NCBI RefSeq assembly: GCF_006345805.1
Contig: NC_043004.1
Location: 61,194,001-61,258,000, forward strand
Direction: 5' to 3'
From: Octopus sinensis
Taxonomy: Eukaryota
DNA: 64,000 bases
A model generated the notes under the pieces. That model did no database searches, was not told the origin of the DNA, and saw only the letters and a program-made list of their open reading frames with translations. A program made the translations under genes and the position numbers. Shown in pieces: positions 11,830-24,678 of this stretch (position 1 is its first letter; the number at the start of each line of letters is the position of its first letter).

Positions 11830-12590
11830 GAATGATACGTTTCTGAAATGTTTTACTAAGTTTTTCACTTCCAGTGATGGTTTAGATCTGTAGTCTTCGG
11901 ATTTTCGTTCTCCTTTCTGGTTTTTAGAAGCCTAATTTCTCAAGACTGGTATTTAGCGAGTGTTTTGCCTATCTTAGTGCCCCAATAATTACAATCTGAA
12001 CTTGTAATCTGGATAGAGTAACTGAAGATTTGTCAATAGTTCAGCGTAAATATTCTCTTTTTCACTGATGTTTAGCTTTATGCTAACATCCGCCAGGCAG
12101 TTGATTTCCGCAAAAGTACACCTTTACTCTTTTCTATCCGAAATCGTTATATCAGGGTTATTGTGTTTATATTTTATTGAAGCTTTCACTGAGACGTATG
12201 TATTTATCCTGGTTATGAATTTAAACTGCATAAAGTAGCGGGGCCCTTGTACGAGAGTTCCAATGTTTTGACGAGAGTAGAACTCTCTCTTAACCACTAT
12301 TGTTCACAGGTTTACTCTGACCCGGAGTAATGACATATGTTGGAGTCTTAGATATTTATTTAGTAGCATGTTGACAAAAACTTGCGTTACCTTTCCTCCT
12401 TCGTCAAATCCACAATATTGATGGTTCCAGTCTCTACCCGTTTGTCTGTTTTTTTCAGCGTATGTGTCTATGCAATGACAGTTATATTTTCTAAGATGAT
12501 CCATTTCCACCGTCATCCATCCTTTTCCTTCATATCTTTTTTCCAAGTCCATCAGCAATGAGAATCTGCTGACGTAGGCCAGCATGTATG
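11830..12590 (-). mobile_element. Degraded RLE-endonuclease non-LTR retrotransposon 3' region
   Basis: Frame-broken translation NNPDITISDRKE*RCTFAEINCLAD...EKENIYAELL..IIGAL matches the PD..E..K-Y RLE pattern. Confidence 0.7.
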
Positions 12591-12599
12591 ATGCTGGAA

Positions 12600-14200
12600 G
12601 TTTCTAGCCTGAAGCATGCTCAGTGGCGGTATGAGTTATATAAACGCTGAAGTCTGCGCATGGAGAAAACAGGCTTTTTCGGTCCTGCTCATGTGTGTCG
12701 GCAGCCCTATTTAGAAAAGGCACTGCCTATCTGAATCCAAGCAACAGCCTAGAAAGGTAGTCCAATCTATGTTTGTCCTATTCTACTCGGTTAGGAAACC
12801 ATACCTAACAGTCTCACCCGTTTCATGCTGTTGAAACTTCAAGAAACTGCAAATAGCTTCCTGAAACGCCAGAATCTACATTCATCTTCTAACTGATATT
12901 GACCTCATTGAATGACAACTTTGGTTGCATCTGAACTGAAATGACGAGCACATAGCGGCTCTTAACGAATGGGGCTTCACGGAGGGAGAGTCTCTCCCTG
13001 AACAGGGAGAGGGATACACATTCTACTGGAAGGGTATCCGCGGTTGCAACAACAGAACTCAAGGTGCGGCATTCACTGTGTAGACGTCTATTGCAAATAG
13101 GATGGCATAAATTCCTACTGGACTGCATGAACGTCGCATCGGCCAGAGGCCTGCTCACTTCGAAGGCTCATACACCACTAACATCAGTGTCTAAGCGTCA
13201 TTTTGGACTCTCCTAAAAAAAACCTGGACAAATTCTTCCTGTGCCTGGACGACGTCATCCGAAGGATAGTCATGTCTAATAAGATTATTTTGCTGGAAGA
13301 TTTCGATGTCAGAGCAGGTCAAAGTCACTCATCTGACTCGGCGTTATTTGTCATGATAGTGTTGGGCAAATGGACGCCAATAGTCTTCGTCTTCAGTCTC
13401 TCTGTTCCCAACATGCGCTGGTCATTAAAAAACACAGTTTTCCAGCTCCCAACAATCCACAAAATCTTCTGGATATATCTTCGTTCCAAATCCTGATACT
13501 TTCTCCATTATGGTTGTTCGACAAAGGGATCATAAGGCTGTCTTCCTTACCCGTGCTATGAGGGGTGCCGAATGTTGGTCTAAAAATCACAGTCCTTTCG
13601 TAGTCTTAACATTGTTGCATTCTCCAGTACTAAGAAGCCTACTCAGCTTCAATACGGTATTAAAGATCATGGCCACATGTCCCAGATCCTCCAGCTGCTG
13701 ACCTCACCCGAAAGGAAATCAAAGCCTTTGGGAATCATTTCTCAATGTTCCATAAGACATAGCGAAGGCAACCTTCAGTACATCTACACGTCATTCCCCA
13801 ACTAGTTTGATGAACCGGTTGAAGTCATACAACCATTCCTGTCCGATTGAAGAAGCTCAACTCTAGCTCTAGAAATCCTGTGCCTCAAATGAAAGGATAC
13901 TTGTACCAGCGCACAGGTCTCATCAGAAATCTTCAAAGCGCTTTGTGTATTCGAAAGATGGAATAAGCTCGACGTTTTGCAGAAGAAAACAAAACCTATG
14001 AATTCTATAATTAGATTAAGAGAGTCTCCGACCCATGCAAAAAATAACTGGTCAGGTGAGATCATCTAAAGTGACCTTAATGAAAAAGAAAAATAATGCG
14101 ATACTTCAGAGGTTGGCCGGATATTTTTAATAACTTCTGAGACGGGTCAACTTGAGACGGCACCTAAGAGATTCCAGGTTTCACATCAGCTCCTAGGAGA
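12600..14200 (+). mobile_element. Degraded RTE-clade LINE (5' UTR plus AP endonuclease region)
   Basis: IAALNE..EQGEGYTFYWKG, KIILLEDFDVRAG, NTVFQLP..W..RSK and VVRQRD..TRAMRGAECW are typical RTE/BovB APE motifs; many stops and frameshifts. Confidence 0.85.
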
Positions 14201-15372
14201 TTTCACTGTTGAAGACAAAAGCTATGTCTTATTCTTGAGAATTTGAAGATGCCTGACAAGGTCATGGAGATCCCCTTGTTATGAGATGTAGCCTAGAGGA
14301 GTGTGCTTCATCAAAATTTGGGTCACACTGTAATCCAGCACTGTCATCCTGATTCCTCCTCACCACTTTCATTATCTGATTTGAAGGATACGGTACAGGT
14401 AGACCATGTCCAGGTGATATTCGTTTCTAACCATAGCATTCATACGGCACTTAGTGATGCAAGGTCACCTCACCACAAATGTAGCAGAAGTTGCCTGCCT
14501 TATTCACACAAGTGCAAGGCATCTGAAAGTAAAAAAAACAGCAACAAACAATTAGAAGATAAACAAAACATTCATTCATAAATTCATCATTATAATACAG
14601 AGCACGATAACTTAGCAGAATTATTTAGATTATTCAGTAGGAAAATGAAATTAATATGTCTCACATGAATATCAAAATCTTGCTCGATGAATATTTATTA
14701 TAAGTTTTCAAAAATATTTGACTAGGAAAATCACAGATTTAGTTGGAAATCTCTATTCTAGTCTCGGAAACATTTTTGTTGTTGACCGTTGCAATAAGTG
14801 TGTGAATCTGAGAGAGGAATATACTGGATAAAATCATAACTAATTGATTCTCCTGGATATTCTTTTATCCAAAGCCGGGAACGTTTAAGTGCATCATCTT
14901 AGCTTTGATAGAAGCAAGAAATACAGATATAAAGGATAAAAATTCACTTTTCAAATTAAAGTTCTGATGACTCTGAAACATAAGGAAACAACTATAATGA
15001 ATTACTGCAAAACATTAATGAACCCCTACTCCACTTCGAAATGCAGTTGGTGACTAAGTCAGGAACAGTATAAGAAAAGGGTTGTATATATACGAGGGAA
15101 AAATTTCATCAAGCTATTATATTCCGTTTTACATTACGCACTTGGTGACTGAAAGAACTCGAATTGTATATATGAAGTGGCAATTAAATTTATATGAATA
15201 TACAGAACTAGCTGTGTTCAAAATATAATTAATAATAACTATTAAATATCAATTATGCCTACAGGAATTGAACGCACTTGGACTCCCTGTTAATGTAAAA
15301 TAGTAAGAAAAACATAGCGATACATATGTGTGGGGGTGTGTTTGTATAAGTATGTGGGTGAGCGTGTGAGTG

Positions 15373-15416
<44 letters not shown>

Positions 15417-15517
15417 AAAACACATGTGTAGTAATATTGTATTCGAGTACATATATGTACATGTATACACACGTGTGTATCTATCTTCCTCACCCCTCTC
15501 TCAATATATATATACTT

Positions 15518-15568
<51 letters not shown>

Positions 15569-15592
15569 CACACACAACACACACACACACAC

Positions 15593-15632
<40 letters not shown>

Positions 15633-15638
15633 TGTGTC

Positions 15639-15674
<36 letters not shown>

Positions 15675-16657
15675 TACTAAAGTTTCTTATTATCAAGTAA
15701 TGATATTATCTTACCAGGTGCTAAAGACTTGCGTAAGTCTGGATATGTTTTGTGAATGCGTAAAACTTATATTAAGTGCACGGGCATAAGTACGTGTTTG
15801 TGTGCAAGAGGTAAATGGGTGCAGGAAACAAATGCAATAAAACAATTGGAAAAAATATGGAAATGTAATAATGTGGGTTTATCATAAAATGAAATGAAGG
15901 ATCAGTAATTTTCTTTATCTTTAATCGGGAGCAAAGGTAGTGCGCATAATACTTTACAAATTCTTCGAGACTGTCTGGAGGAAGGTGTCCACAAACTGGA
16001 GACGTTGCATTAGATATTGCTCGGCGGTTAAATGCAGTCATGGTTTTAACGTGTGATGTTTATACTAGCGTCAGATTCCAACCAAATATAACTGAAATTC
16101 TTATGTTGTTACCATTTTGCACGGAGTTAGCAGTGATAGAACATACCAAAATCATTTGACCGATATGCAAATTGTCATGGAGAAGAAAAGCTTACATGCA
16201 TTGGCTCCACTCATTCTCTCCAAACTCGTCATCGGTTGGCTTGCGAACATTCCTGTAGATATATGTTTAACCCCTAAAGAAGGAAGCCTTATTCATGCAC
16301 ACACAGAAACAATTGTATATACTACGCGAAAATACATAACTGCAAGCACACACGCACACTCACATACAAGCATACATGTTTATGTCCTCACTATGTCTTC
16401 GTATGCATCATGTTTAAATGAATATATATATATATACGTGTGTATGTATATACATATATATATATGTATATATAATAATAAATATTAGGGAATATATCCA
16501 AATTTACAGGGAAAAAAAAAAAATCAGATTTAGGATTAAATCCAATTTTATAGTAAAATATTATAAAATATTATTTGAGACAAAACCACTATTTTGCAAA
16601 ACAAACAAGGAAAGACTTAATCAATACATAAAATTTAATAAATAGTCAAAAAAACCG

Positions 16658-16700
16658 CCACTACAATCGTTTCTTGTCTTGATCGACAATCTTCAGGTGG
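16658..16700 (-). ncRNA. Minimal type I hammerhead ribozyme (left arm)
   Basis: Reverse complement of 17963-18005. Confidence 0.85.
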
Positions 16701-17962
16701 ACTTCCAATCTAAAAAATCAAAATTTTAAAATATAAAATAATACTTTTAAATAATTAAAGTATAAATGAAAAAATATAAGTATATAATCCATATATACCT
16801 ATATATAATCCATATCGAAAATATAGACTAATTACCACGAATCCCTAAAAAAACCATGATAAAACAAAACTCTTAAAAACATATAACGATAAAATCTCCC
16901 TTTGCTATACTCTATAACAAACCTATAAAGTAAACCCCCTAACCTAAACATTCACACACAAATACACACACGTAAACCACAGACTCACGACTTATACACA
17001 TACCTATACTAACTTATAAACCTCAATATACACCAAACCCACTCCCTCCACACAGACAAATTAACACATACATCCCAAAACCTAAATAACAAACCCATAT
17101 ACACATTCACACACAAAACACACACTCACACGCAAACACTCACACACAAAAGATACATATACTCCCTCACATATACGCCTATACATACTCACTAAACTCG
17201 ACATATACAACAATACTTACACACCCACAAAAAAATTATATACATTTATGAGCTTTAACTCACCTTAGCATCTCTAACAAACAACTTGCAGTAACCCAAT
17301 CCCATTCTCTATGCCTACCTCACTACTACACTATTCCATTCACATTCCAAGCAACGCTAGTCACCACCCGGTTATTCACGTGGCACAAACGAACACCACT
17401 CAAAAATTATGAATGAAACAATGTAAAAAAATAACAACACCTAATATAGACAAATATGTCGAGTTTAGTGAGTATGTATAGGGATATGTGAGGGAGTATA
17501 TGTATCTTTTGTGTGTGAGTGTTTTGCGTTGTGAGTGTGTGTTTTGTGTGTGAATGTGTATATGGGTTTGTTATTTAGGTTTTGGGATGTATGTGTTAAT
17601 TTGTCTGTGTGGGGAGGGAGTGGTTTTGGTGTATATTGAGGTTTATAAGTTAGTATAGGTATGTGTATAAGTCGTGAGTCTGTGGTTTACGGTGTGTGTA
17701 TTTGTGTGTGAATGTTTAGGTTAGGGGTTTACTTTATAGGTTTTTATAGAGTTAGCAAAGGGAGATTTTATCGTTATATGTTTTTAAGAGTTTTGTTTTA
17801 TCATGGTTTTTTTAGGGAATTCGTGGTAATTAGTCTATATTTTCGATATGGATTATATATAGGTTATATATGGATTATATACTTATATTTTTTCATTTAT
17901 ACTTTAATTATTAAAAGTATTAATTTTTATATTTTAAAATTTTGATTTTTTAGATTGGAAGT

Positions 17963-18005
17963 CCACCTGAAGATTGTCGATCAAGACAAGAAACGATTGT
18001 AGTGG
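17963..18005 (+). ncRNA. Minimal type I hammerhead ribozyme (right arm)
   Basis: CCAC-CUGAAGA-UUGUC-gaucaa-GACAA-GAAA-CGAUU-GUA-GUGG; complete core, stems I and II perfect. Confidence 0.85.
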
Positions 18006-18115
18006 CGGTTTTTTTGACTATTTATTAAATTTTATGTATTGATTAAGTCTTTCCTTGTTGGTTTTGCAAAATAGTGGTTTTGTCTCAAAATATTTTATAT
18101 ATGTATATATATTAT

Positions 18116-18161
<46 letters not shown>

Positions 18162-18233
18162 ATATAACATACATATATATATATATATATATATATGTAT
18201 ATGTATATCTATCTATGTAGCAACCTATATATT

Positions 18234-18268
<35 letters not shown>

Positions 18269-19004
18269 TATGCTTATATATATGCTTAAGTGTATAGGCA
18301 CATATTCACGCATGTATTTATCAACACATACACATATGTGAATATGTAACTATATACACTCACAATAGCACACGCACACATACTCACACTTATAGACAAA
18401 CACACTCACACGCATACATGCACGCACACACACACACACACACATACAGAAATTCTTACTGCTAGTATCGACAAAAAAGGGAGGGAGGAGGTGAAAGGAC
18501 GTTGGAAGTTTTATCCAATTATTTACTTCTAATCAATTTTAAAGGGACATTTACTTGATACGCTTGATGTTTTAAACATCATCTCTTGAGTATTCTTGTC
18601 ATTCTTTTAAACAATTTATTAAAATTATATCAACAATATGAAACATATATACTAGATGAAATATTGGAATAATAGATTAAACCACAATATTAGTTCTATA
18701 TTTTAGCTTAGAAATCATATCTACACCTCTAGGGATTTAAATTTCTATGATCATAAGTTTTGTCTCAATTACAGTTATTATACAATCCCAGAAGGCAGTT
18801 TACTTATTTGGATAAAAGTTTATTTTCATTTGCATTGGCTGATTTCCCAAAATCTTCATATTGTAACAATCACAATAACTTGTGTTTAATTTATAATGTA
18901 ATCTTCTTTGTGAATAAATGAATAAATTAACTAAAAGACTCGTAAAGAGGTTGTGAAGCTATTAGAAACGAAACTGAAATATTCTTAGTTAGTAAATGAT
19001 AAAG

Positions 19005-19221
19005 GTGGAGGCGCAATGCCCCAGTGGTTAGGGCAGCGGACTCGCGGTCGGAGGATCGCGGTTTCGATTCTCAGACCGGGCGTTGTGTGTGTTTATTGAG
19101 TGAAAACACCTAAAGCTCCACGAGGCTCCGGCAGCGGGTGGTGGCGACCCCTGTTGCATTCTTTCGCCCCAACTTTCTTTCACTCTTTCTTCCTGTTTCT
19201 TAGGTAACGCTGCGATGGACT

Positions 19222-19224
<3 letters not shown>
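19005..19224 (+). mobile_element. tRNA(Arg)-like-headed SINE family B
   Basis: A-box-like TGCCCCAGTGG, B-box GGTTTCGATTC; body shared with 47747 and 56776 copies. Confidence 0.85.
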
Positions 19225-19267
<43 letters not shown>

Positions 19268-19448
19268 GGAGTAAATGTGCTAAGTCGTGTTTACGTATAA
19301 TCCAAATTTAGGTTAGTAGAAATATGTTTCTCACATATTTCAGCTGCTAAAGGCAAATACACTATAGCTACTAAGGAGAAGAAAATTTTCTCTTATACAT
19401 AAAAGGTCTGAAAACACCCCATTCATTCAGTGTCGCCCTCTCTCGGGA

Positions 19449-19495
19449 ATCTGAGACATCGATGTTTCGAGTGTGTTGATTTTTGCCGATCAGAT
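19449..19495 (-). ncRNA. Heavily decayed hammerhead remnant
   Basis: AUCUGA...CUC-GAAA-CAUCGAU-GUC-UCAGAU; stems I and III present, CUGANGA box lost. Confidence 0.35.
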
Positions 19496-19619
19496 GTACC
19501 TAAGAAGGATTCTTTATAATGATAATTTATATCATATACAGAAAAAGGACGTTACAGATAAATAGTGCTATGAGAGTTCATATTATGATAATTTAAAAAT
19601 TCGATGATATATATAATAA

Positions 19620-21700
19620 TTTTCAAAAATCCCCACTTTTAACACACAGACTATGGCCGTGAAGTACAGCGACTACACCGTTGCTTCTACCACGAATGAT
19701 ATTAAGTAGGGACAATCACAACGAAATTCCTTGCTACATTCTTCCATCTTTTCTGGAATATCTTCGCAACATGTGTTTCCTCACCAGCCCTATGTTGCTC
19801 TTCAGATGATATCTGAAGTAATACAGCAGACCAGGGCCGAAGTTGAAGGATCCTGTCACGATTCCTTGCATTCTAGTTCTCCGCAGCTGTAATCTGCCCT
19901 TCACAGTATTCTGCCTCCCGCGCCGAGATTCGCGAACTCCCAGCGAGCAAGTCCTTTAGGGACTTCCCACGGTCCAGCGTGCCGCCATCCTCGAACAACC
20001 AGGCGAAATGCTGGTGAAAAACCTTTTGCATTTCCTGTCCTTTGATCGTACGCTGATGTTTGTCCGTTAATGATTTATAGAGGTTTCTCTGCCTCTCCGA
20101 CTCTCCACACGATGTGCCCATCCGGCAACATTAATACCCTCTCTCCCCTCCGCACGTAACTTAGCCCTGACTCTAAACCCTTTGTGTTTGGCTTTGAGGT
20201 GATGGAACAAAACCGCTCTCAACGCCATCACTCCGGATGCAGAGACAAATTCCATGGCCTCTTCTAATTCTTTAGTTAAGTTCCTTTCTATTCTAGTCAT
20301 CACTAAACTCAGTTGATTACTAAATCTGAGAGACTCAGAAAGAATGCCTCGCTTGAGGGCGAATTTGTTATTAATGATGGCACCGCATAATACCCTCTGC
20401 ATTAACTCCTTAATCCGAGCACGGGCGATTATACAAGTCAAAATAGACTTGTTCATCTTCCAGTACCTTGGTCCCTGTCCATGACACTTATCTAGGTACA
20501 CCTCACACGTCAGAAATTTGTGATCCGTGTAAGGGACACAACAAAAGGGGGGGCAGCTAAATGTATTCCTATCTCTATCTTTAACAAATATCCTTTCTAA
20601 ATAAGATCTGTGTGCTCCATCATCATTAGTCCACGTCCACTGTCGAACGAGCGGTTCATCCAGTCTATATCGGTCTACTAGGTTATTGCTTCGTTGTAGC
20701 CTTTTGAGACTAGGTTCCCATTATATTGGTCGAACCAAAACTATCCTGCCGTGCGTCGAGAATAGTGTTAATGTCTCCTAATAAAACTAGTGTTGTTGAC
20801 GTCACTAAGAAGCTTTTCAAGCGTCGAAAAGAACCAGCTTATCTACACTTTTTAGGAGCGTAGACAGCTACCAACCTGAAGGACTGCTTACTTGTGTATG
20901 CCACATCTAGAACGACCAGCCTAATTCCTGGGTCCAGAAACACTTTACTTACCTGTACGTCCAAGAATTTTCTGAATGCCACCACCACGCACTCGCCTCC
21001 CAGCCGACTAGGAGAAATAAATTTCTCGTAGCCGTTTAGTAGAGGTGAGAATGTTTGTGGCCCGTTCAGCTTGGACTCAGTCACAACACATATATCAATG
21101 TCTAGTGACCTGAGGCTGTTCAGAGGAGAAGTTTGTTTCCATCTCGACCCCAAGCCACGTATATTTGTACAACCTAACTTAATCTTATTTTTCGCTGTCA
21201 TGATTCTTTTCTCGTTTTTGTTATAATTTTTGTATACGACTGTTCTTGCTATCAGACGTTGTAATGTTTCTTGTGGTGGCAATAATTTGTTATCATTGCC
21301 ACTTTCTTAATTAAGTTCTTGAATATGAACAGTTGTTCCTTAGTCAAGTTCATTTCTGTAAATTTCCTCCTACAGCTGCCGAATAACTGGGTTTTTTCGT
21401 TTCACCTTTTTGACTTGTTTCGTTATTACTTGTCATTTCCATCTCCGGGAAGTCCTCTTTAGACCGTTAATCAAATTCCATTTTGTACAAAATGGTTTCT
21501 GTCAAAATTTTACGAAGAAAAATAAGAATTTTTTGTCAACAAATGACAAAAACCAATATTTTAACCTGCAACGGGTAAAAAATAAACGAAGACATTAATT
21601 TCAGGCAAAACACAATTTTCTGCCTCGTGGGGTGAAAATTTTTGTTGACCCAACGATCAGTTCAATTTTGACAGGTATTAACAATAACAGGCTAACAAAT
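19620..21700 (-). mobile_element. Degraded Tx1/L1-clade LINE (ORF1 stub, AP endonuclease, linker)
   Basis: KLGCTNIRGL..DIDICVVTESKL..RLVAVYAP, WTWTN..SYLERIFV, TDHK..GPRYWKMNKSIL. Confidence 0.85.
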
Positions 21701-22125
21701 AGTGCAATAACAATAAAAATACATAAACCAGAATAAACTCACACAAGCGGCAGCCTGGTACTTATTCTACCGGTCTTTTTTGTCGAACCGCTAAGTTACG
21801 GTTGTCAAGCGATGTTGGGGGACAAACACAGACACACACAAGCACACACACACACGCACACGCACACACACACATATCTATACATGCATACGACATATAT
21901 ACGACTTACATATATATGTAAGATATATAAATAATATCACTATCCAACAAGAATAAAGCACCTTAAAAGATAGAGCTATGTATATACAAAACTGACGTAC
22001 ACGAAGTACGAGCATTGCAAGAAATAGCAGCCGGTAAGCTATCAGCGGCGCAATGTAGATCTTCACTGAATGTGACAATGTTCGACACATGTTTGCTTAC
22101 TGGCTGCTATTTCTAGCAATTTCTT

Positions 22126-22189
<64 letters not shown>

Positions 22190-22190
<1 letters not shown>

Positions 22191-22922
22191 ATAAGGAGAT
22201 GAACCACCAGGTGGCTTCCTAATCTACTAGAAATAGACGCCAAATCGTTTTAGCTCGAAGAATATGTTCTCAAATGTAGCATATGCTAGATGTTTGTGAG
22301 CAAGGCAAATGAACGGAAACAAAAGAAAGTAGTTAATCACATACTTTAAGATTACGCTATTAATAATTAAATAAATAATTATCTGTAGCTCATTAGTAAG
22401 ATCACCGCAGACACATAAGCAATGGCACTAGATACCAATCGCCTTTTTGAGAGAACACCTGCGTATAGAAGCACACCAAACCAGAAAGAACTTTGCAGAT
22501 TAATAAAGCTCCGCAGCGATTCTACTGGCTGGAGAACATGACTATTTAAGATTGAAATAATGAGGGTAGAAATTAATATTATTAAATAATACTAATTTAA
22601 ACCAGTGGTCAGCATAGTTAAGCACTGTCAGATGACTATAAATTATATTCTAAATATATAAAGATAAAAGGATGAACCACCAGGTGACTTCCTAATATGC
22701 TAGAAATAGACGCCAAATCGTATGCTAATTTTGAAAACATATTCTTCATGGTAAGACGATTTGGCGTCCATATCTAGCATTTTAGGAAGCCAACTGGTGG
22801 TTCTTTCTCTTACTTTTATATATTTAAATATAATTTATAGTCCACAGACAGTTTGTAAGTATGCTGGACACTGGTTTAAATTAGTATCATTTAATATTAA
22901 TTTCTGCCTTCATTATTTAAAT
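22190..22922. mobile_element. Diverged HHR-array family member: partial direct repeat plus fold-back (22555-22922)
   Basis: Shares GAGGGTAGAAATTAATATT..ACCAGTGGTCAGCAT..TGCTAGAAATAGACGCCAAATCG with the 3590 unit; hammerhead mostly deleted. Confidence 0.75.
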
Positions 22923-22963
22923 TGTGAGTGCATATGGTAGATGGCAACTGAACGAAGCTCGTC

Positions 22964-23064
<101 letters not shown>

Positions 23065-23239
23065 ATTATATATATATAAAAACAAACATATATACATATA
23101 TATATATATTATATATATAAAAACATACATATATACATATATATATTATATATATATATATATACGCATACATATATATATGTTTATTTATATATATATA
23201 TGTATATATATATATATGTTTATATATATGTATATATAT

Positions 23240-24165
23240 ATTAGAAGTTTTTGCGTAAATAAAATAAAAAAAACAAGTCTGTTTCGATACTAGAGCATTT
23301 ATAGATAGAAGTTCTTACAGCTGCTTCTAGGATATTAATTAATAATATCCCTTCATTGGAGACGGTGTGAGAAGAAAAATTAAATCATAGTTAGTTTCGA
23401 TGTGATAAAAAATAGAGAGTGAGGTGGAGGAAAGAAAATAGATGTAAGATATGTATGGGTATTAAAGTTGTAAAATCCTTTTTATTGGCATAGTAGTATA
23501 TATGCAATATTCCAATATCCTGTGAATAAAGTCCAAAAGTTCGACAGAGATTCATATGAGTCCTTCTAAATATAGCGTTTATAAGCAATGTAAGATTCCC
23601 TTAGGAGTGAGATCCAGCAGATTTTTAAACTTGGTTATTCCCAGTAAGGAATTTATATACAATGTTGCAGAGTCAAAGGTTTGTATTTAAAATGACCTAG
23701 AAATATGGAGTGTATTAGTATGGTTAAATTGAAAACAAGAAGAAAGGAATGAAATAAAGAGAAAAAAAGAGAGAAAAAAAGAAAGAAAAAAAGAGGAGAG
23801 AAAGAAAGAGTGAAAGAGAAATGAAAAATAATATTAGCAAAAATAACAAAATAATAAACAATAAAAAATAAAGAATAAAAACCCTGAAGATATGAGTAAA
23901 GGGCATAAAGAAAAAAGAAAAACGGAAAAAGATGAATTAAGATATAGATCAGACAGTGGTCAGTGGAGATAATTTGAAAGTAGGAGTGGGGATAGAGAGA
24001 GAAAGGTATTACAGTGTAAAAGATAGAAGAATGGTGGGGGGTAAGAGTTAGAGGAAAGACCAACGTGTAGTAGCTTCTAATTGTGAGGCAAAAATATGAA
24101 GAATTAAGGTAAAGGATTTCTTGTCCAAGAAAATAAAATTCTTCCACTGCTCTAGGGACCAATTC
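23240..24165 (-). mobile_element. Probable Penelope-like 3' remnant with decayed hammerhead (23313-23362)
   Basis: UCU-CCAAUGA-a-GGGAUAUU..AAUAUCCU-aGAAG-CAGCU-GUA-AGA; abuts (TA)n; protein similarity not established. Confidence 0.45.
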
Positions 24166-24167
24166 TA

Positions 24168-24675
24168 TAGGTTTTTACTCGACTCTAAATGCTTTGCAAT
24201 GTTTATTTTTGAAAGTAGTTGGTTTCTGATTACAGCCTTCCCATGAAATCCAGGTTTTGGCTGTACATTTTGTACTAATTTGGGGGCTGTACTTTTGGAA
24301 TCCTTTCTAACAGTTCGCGTAAGAGTTTGACGGTCCCTATTTGAATGTGTTGGTTCTCTTCCGGGGTTTTGCTTCGACAAGGCAGTGGTTCGGACAAAAT
24401 GAAGCACTGAAAACCTCCCCTAACAACAAGCTCTGAAAAACAAAGGTTGTGATGACCGCTTTGGAAGCCCGATAGATCTGTCATTTTAATGAATTTTAAT
24501 TATCTTTTTCTGATGATATCTGAAAAGAAACAGCAATTTTAGCAAAACATATTAAACAACACTAATAATAAATAAATAAAACCATAAAAATAAACAATTT
24601 TTCGACGGTTTTATAGGTATTTCAAAATTATGATGCTATGATGCTTGGTTTTTCCATTACTTTCTCTAACCCCTG
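24168..24675 (-). mobile_element. Tc1-like transposon 5' remnant
   Basis: TIR-like ta|CAGGGGTTAGAGAAAGTAATGGAAA; RQTLTRTVRKDSKSTAPK..GFHGK..LLSKINIAK resembles the Tc1 DNA-binding/linker region. Confidence 0.7.
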
Positions 24676-24678
24676 TAT

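Larger units (their letters stand above)
16480..18092. mobile_element. Inverted-repeat Penelope-like non-coding element (arms ~16572-17206 and ~17454-18092)
   Basis: Arms are near-perfect reverse complements around a ~250-bp spacer, flanked by (TA)n, with a hammerhead in each arm. Confidence 0.8.

Noticed and set aside
19005-19082. tRNA-Arg gene (also 47747 and 57160)
   Set aside because: A and B boxes are present but the cloverleaf is imperfect and runs into a shared SINE body.
23391-24162. Membrane-protein-like ORFs or a Penelope GIY-YIG domain
   Set aside because: Hydrophobicity comes from a T/C-rich low-complexity strand; no convincing GIY-YIG motif.
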